From the human T2T-CHM13v2.0 reference genome, Homo sapiens: 64,000 bases of DNA. The notes beneath the pieces were generated by a model. The model saw only the letters and a program-made list of their open reading frames with translations, had not been told where the DNA came from and did not search any database. Position numbers and translations under genes: made by a program. Shown one piece after another: positions 59,401-64,000 of this stretch (its first letter is position 1; every line of letters begins with the position of its first letter). The DNA is taken from NCBI RefSeq assembly GCF_009914755.1, contig NC_060931.1; one strand, written 5' to 3'.

Positions 59401-61626
59401 TGATCCGCCTACCTCAGCCTCCCAAAGTGCTGGGATCACGGGCGCGAGCCAACGCACCCAGCCCCCGCCGCCCCTTTTTATCTCTCTGTCTCTGAAATAC
59501 CCCAGTCAAGGATCCCACCCTGTGTATGGCCCACTGTGTGACCAGCTGCTTGGCAGGTCCTGGGCCGCTGCTCCCAGGGACAGGTGCCTGGCATAGGCGG
59601 GGAGGCACTCTCTCTCGATTTACTTTTCTACAGCATACATTTCTGGATTGGTGAAATATTATCTTTGTCTTTAGAGGGAACAATAAAGCTATTTTCAGCT
59701 TGGGAACAAATGAGTGCAATGGTAAATAAATCCCCAAGGCCGGTGCTGGGCAGGCCGGCGCTGTCGTCACGGTGGAGGCTGCCAGCCTTCCTTCCCGGGA
59801 AGGGCTTGGTCTCAGGGTGCGGGCACAGAAAGGATGTGTGGAGCCCAGGAGCAGAGGGGCGGGAGGGGAAAGGAGACAGGGAGCATCCTGGAGCCACGAG
59901 GCTGGACAGACCCGCAGGTTTTACGGATCCAGACACTGAGGCCCAGAGAGGGTGAGCGCCCTGCCCCAGGACACACAGCCTGCAGGTGCCTGGTCCCACT
60001 TCCTGGAGCTCTGCCGGGCACCACGGCTCCAGGGAGTGCTCCAGTGTTTTCTCAGCACTTGGGAACAGATGGCTCCAACTCTCACCCACGGACGCCAAAC
60101 ATTTTCCCTGGTTACCCTGCTAATTTGCTCACAGCCTCCTCTTGTAAATAGAGAGTACAAAGGCTTCTCCGAGTAGTGTGTATGCCGGGCAGACGCTGAT
60201 GCCACGGGGAGAGGCCTTAGAAGGAGCACAGGAAAGTCCCAGGTAAGAACCAGGTAAGGCCAGGATCCTCGGCTGACCTGGGGGTCTTGGGAAGGACAGT
60301 GGCTCGGGGCCCAGGCAGACCTGGGTTCAGGTCTTGGCTCTGTGCTCCCTTGGAGCCCGGCTGGGAACCTTGCACTGGCCTCAGGCCCTCTGGCATCAGT
60401 TTTCTCATCTGTGAAATGGGCACGTTAATGCCAAAGGCATAAAACAGGAGCTATTATGTAGGCGCTCAGGGACTGGATGAATCTGTGGGAATCTAGCCAT
60501 CCTTCCTGCCTTCATCTGGGGTCAACAGGGTGGGGGCTGCACCCTGGGCAGCATCCCTGCCTCTCCGTCCCCAACAGTAGTCCCTTCACCCAGCCCTTTT
60601 GACAAAATTCTTTCAACAACACTTATCAGGCCCTCCTCGGTACCCAGCCCTGTCACGAGGCCCAGAGAGGAGCTGATTCAAGCTTCCACACTGGGTGGCC
60701 TTGGGCAGCTGCCTTCACCTCTCTGGGCCTCATTCCCTTGAGCCTCCCACAGAGGTCACAGGGAGGATTCGATGAGACGATGTGTGCTCAGGGTGCTCAG
60801 AGTCACTCCTACCATGCAGCAGTCAGGGAAGGCTTCCTGGAGGAGGCAACACTAGTCCTTACCCCTTACAGATGCATGGGCATGATTGGGTGTGGCTGGT
60901 GCTTCCAGTGGGGGGTTGGGTGGGGAGGCACCTCATGGGCTCGAGCAGGGCCTGGGGTGCCCAGCTGCATGGAGGGGTTTGGAGCTGGCTGGAAAGGGGA
61001 CTCCAGGCCGACCTCGGGTCCCTTGGGCCTCCCTCCCCTGTAACCTCGTTCACAGCAGCCCAGCTGGTAATGAAGTGCTCCTTCCAGCCGACAGCTCCTG
61101 GAGCTGGGCCAGGAGGCTCCTCCTGTCCTGGGCCTGCCTCCAGCTGCGGCCCGCAGTCCCAGAAAGACTTTACCGCACCTCTCCGGCCTGGGGTGTCCTG
61201 GGGGATGAAGCTCCAGGAGGCCACCTATGGCTTGGGGCCCCAGTCCCAGAAGCCTGGCCTGGGGCGCACCTCTCTGGTCTTCAGGAAGAGGGGCCTGGAA
61301 TGAGAGTGGGGGCGTCCAGTGGGGCAGCTTAACCGGGCAGGGCTGACGGGACCGCGGCCTGGGGAGGGACCAGAATCTGCCTGGCCTCACTGTGTGACTT
61401 GGGTGAGCTCCTCTACCTCTCTGAGCCTGGGCTTCCCATCTGTCTGGGATGTCTCCCCTCCTGTAGTCACTGTGAGGTTCTGAGCAGAGGACACTCTTGG
61501 CCCAGAGCCTGGCGCGTAGCTGGTGGGTGAGCGCCAGCCCCTCCCTGTTCCTGCAGAGCCCTGCCGTTCAGCGCACACAGGCTGCCTTGCCCTCTCCAGA
61601 GAGGATCATGGGGCTTAATTTGTTGA

Positions 61627-62077
<451 letters not shown>

Positions 62078-62927
62078 TGACGCGGAACGGCCCAGGGACT
62101 CTGATCCTGGGGCTCAGCGAGTTTGCAAGGGGTGTTTCTGTCCACGGTCAGGCTTGCCAGCCTTGGTCCCTAGGCCCACCATAAGGTGGCCCAGTCCTGC
62201 CCCTGTCTTGGAATTGCTGAGAGCAGAAATGCAGTAATGTGTCACCATGATGATGGCTGGTGTCATGCGATCAGACCCACCATTCCTCAGTGGGACCCCC
62301 GCCTCACCACTCACCAGCTGGCTCCCTGGTCTGCAAAAGGTGGTTCGCTGGTACCCAGGTCCCTGTGCGAATGAGAGGAGCTGACGTCTATGAAAGCCAC
62401 TCCCTGCACCCGGGGAGACTGAGGAGGTGGGAGGCTCTCGTCCCCCGAAAGCCCAGCCGGCCAGCCCCCTCTCCCTCTGCCTCCGCAGGGAACCGTGTCC
62501 CAAGCAGGGCCCTTCACCCCATCTCTGTCTGATCTCCACTGCGTGTACGGATTGACGGGAAAGATTCTAATGGGCTTTAAGTTAATAAGCTGGGAACGAA
62601 TTAAGTTTGATCTCTGCCAGAAGCAGATGGCACAGCTGCCCGGCCTGGAACAGCCCGGCTGGAGCAGTGGCAGGCGGCAAGGGCTGGGTGGGGGTTTGCC
62701 CCACTGGGCTCTCTTTATTTTTCTCTCCTTCCCCCAACTTTTTTTTTTTTTTTTTTTTTTGAGACGGAGTCTTGCTCTGTCACTCAAGCTGGAGTAAAGA
62801 GGTATGATCTCGGCTCACAGCAACCTCTGCCTCCCGGGTTCAAGTGACTCTCCTGCCTCATGCTTCCAAGTAGCTGGGATTACAGGCACCCGCCACCACA
62901 CCCTGCTGATTTTTGTATTTTTAGTAG

Positions 62928-63233
<306 letters not shown>

Positions 63234-64000
63234 TAAAATTTTTTTAGAGATAAGGGTGTCAGTATGTTGCCCAGGCTGGTCTCGAACTCCTGGCCTCAAG
63301 CAATCCTCCTACCTCACCTTACTATGAAATTTTTAAACATAAAAAACAGTGGAAGCTGAGCATGGTGGCTCACACCTATAATCCTAGCATTTTGGGAAGC
63401 TGAGGCGGGAGGATCGCTTGGGGCCAGGAGTTTAAGACTAGTCTAGACTACATAGCAAGAACCCCATCTCTATTTTTAAAAAAAGGGCCCGGTGCAGTGG
63501 CTCGCACCTGTAATCCCAGCGCTTTGGGAGGCCAAGGTGGGTGGAACACCTGAGAACAGGAGTTCGAGACCAGCTTGGCCAACATGGCAAAACCCCGTCT
63601 CTACTAAAAACACAAAAATTAGTCAGATGTTGTGGCACGCACCTATAATCACAGCTATTCAGGAGGCTGAGGAAGGAGAATCTCTTGAACCCAGGAGGCG
63701 GAGGTTGCAGTAAACCGAGATCGCACCACTGCACTCCAGCCTGGGTGACAGAGCAAGACTCCATCTAAAAAAAAAAAAAGAAGAACAAGAAGGCCAGGAG
63801 GTGGCAGCTCACCCTCCTGTAATCCCAGCACTTTGGGAGGCAGAGGCTGAGGTGTGAGGTTCACTTGAGGCCAGGAGTTTGAGACCAGCCAGGGCAACAC
63901 AGTGAGACCTCATCTCTATTTTTTAAAAAGTGGAAAGAATTACACAGTGAAAACTCACGTGCTCACTGCCCGCATTCTGCTCTCTGCCTTTTCTGATCCC

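Noticed and set aside
59757-59790. GGCGCTGTC REST half-site
   Set aside because: No matching second half-site at canonical spacing.

Overview
Human (primate) genomic DNA, GC-rich and very Alu-dense. Positions 280-~19615 (+ strand) hold the last ten exons of WIPI2, the PROPPIN/Atg18-family PI3P effector that recruits ATG16L1 in autophagy (7p22.1). I spliced these exons by hand. All junctions are GT-AG, the phases match, and the reading frame runs from ...[11 protein letters not shown] through the FRRG motif to ...HPPMILRTD-stop at 16705-16707. A ~2.9 kb 3' UTR with several poly(A) signals follows. The remaining ~44 kb is intergenic and, from my memory of the gene order, leads toward SLC29A4. 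It is dominated by nested Alus, ERV1/MaLR solo LTRs, L1 and MIR fragments and simple repeats, with short islands of unique, motif-rich sequence. Almost all ORFs in the supplied track are Alu, low-complexity or GC-bias artefacts. I found no prokaryote-type system, CRISPR array or credible new protein-coding gene. The best leads are regulatory: three in-frame 5' splice donors around the mTORC1 phosphosite, a candidate intronic terminal exon that would remove FRRG, stop-free circRNA geometry, a perfect CLEAR element, a MIR-derived poly(A) signal, and a candidate upstream first exon with RFX/FOX/E-box motifs near 60.1 kb. Repeat subfamily names and literature links are from memory and need database confirmation.
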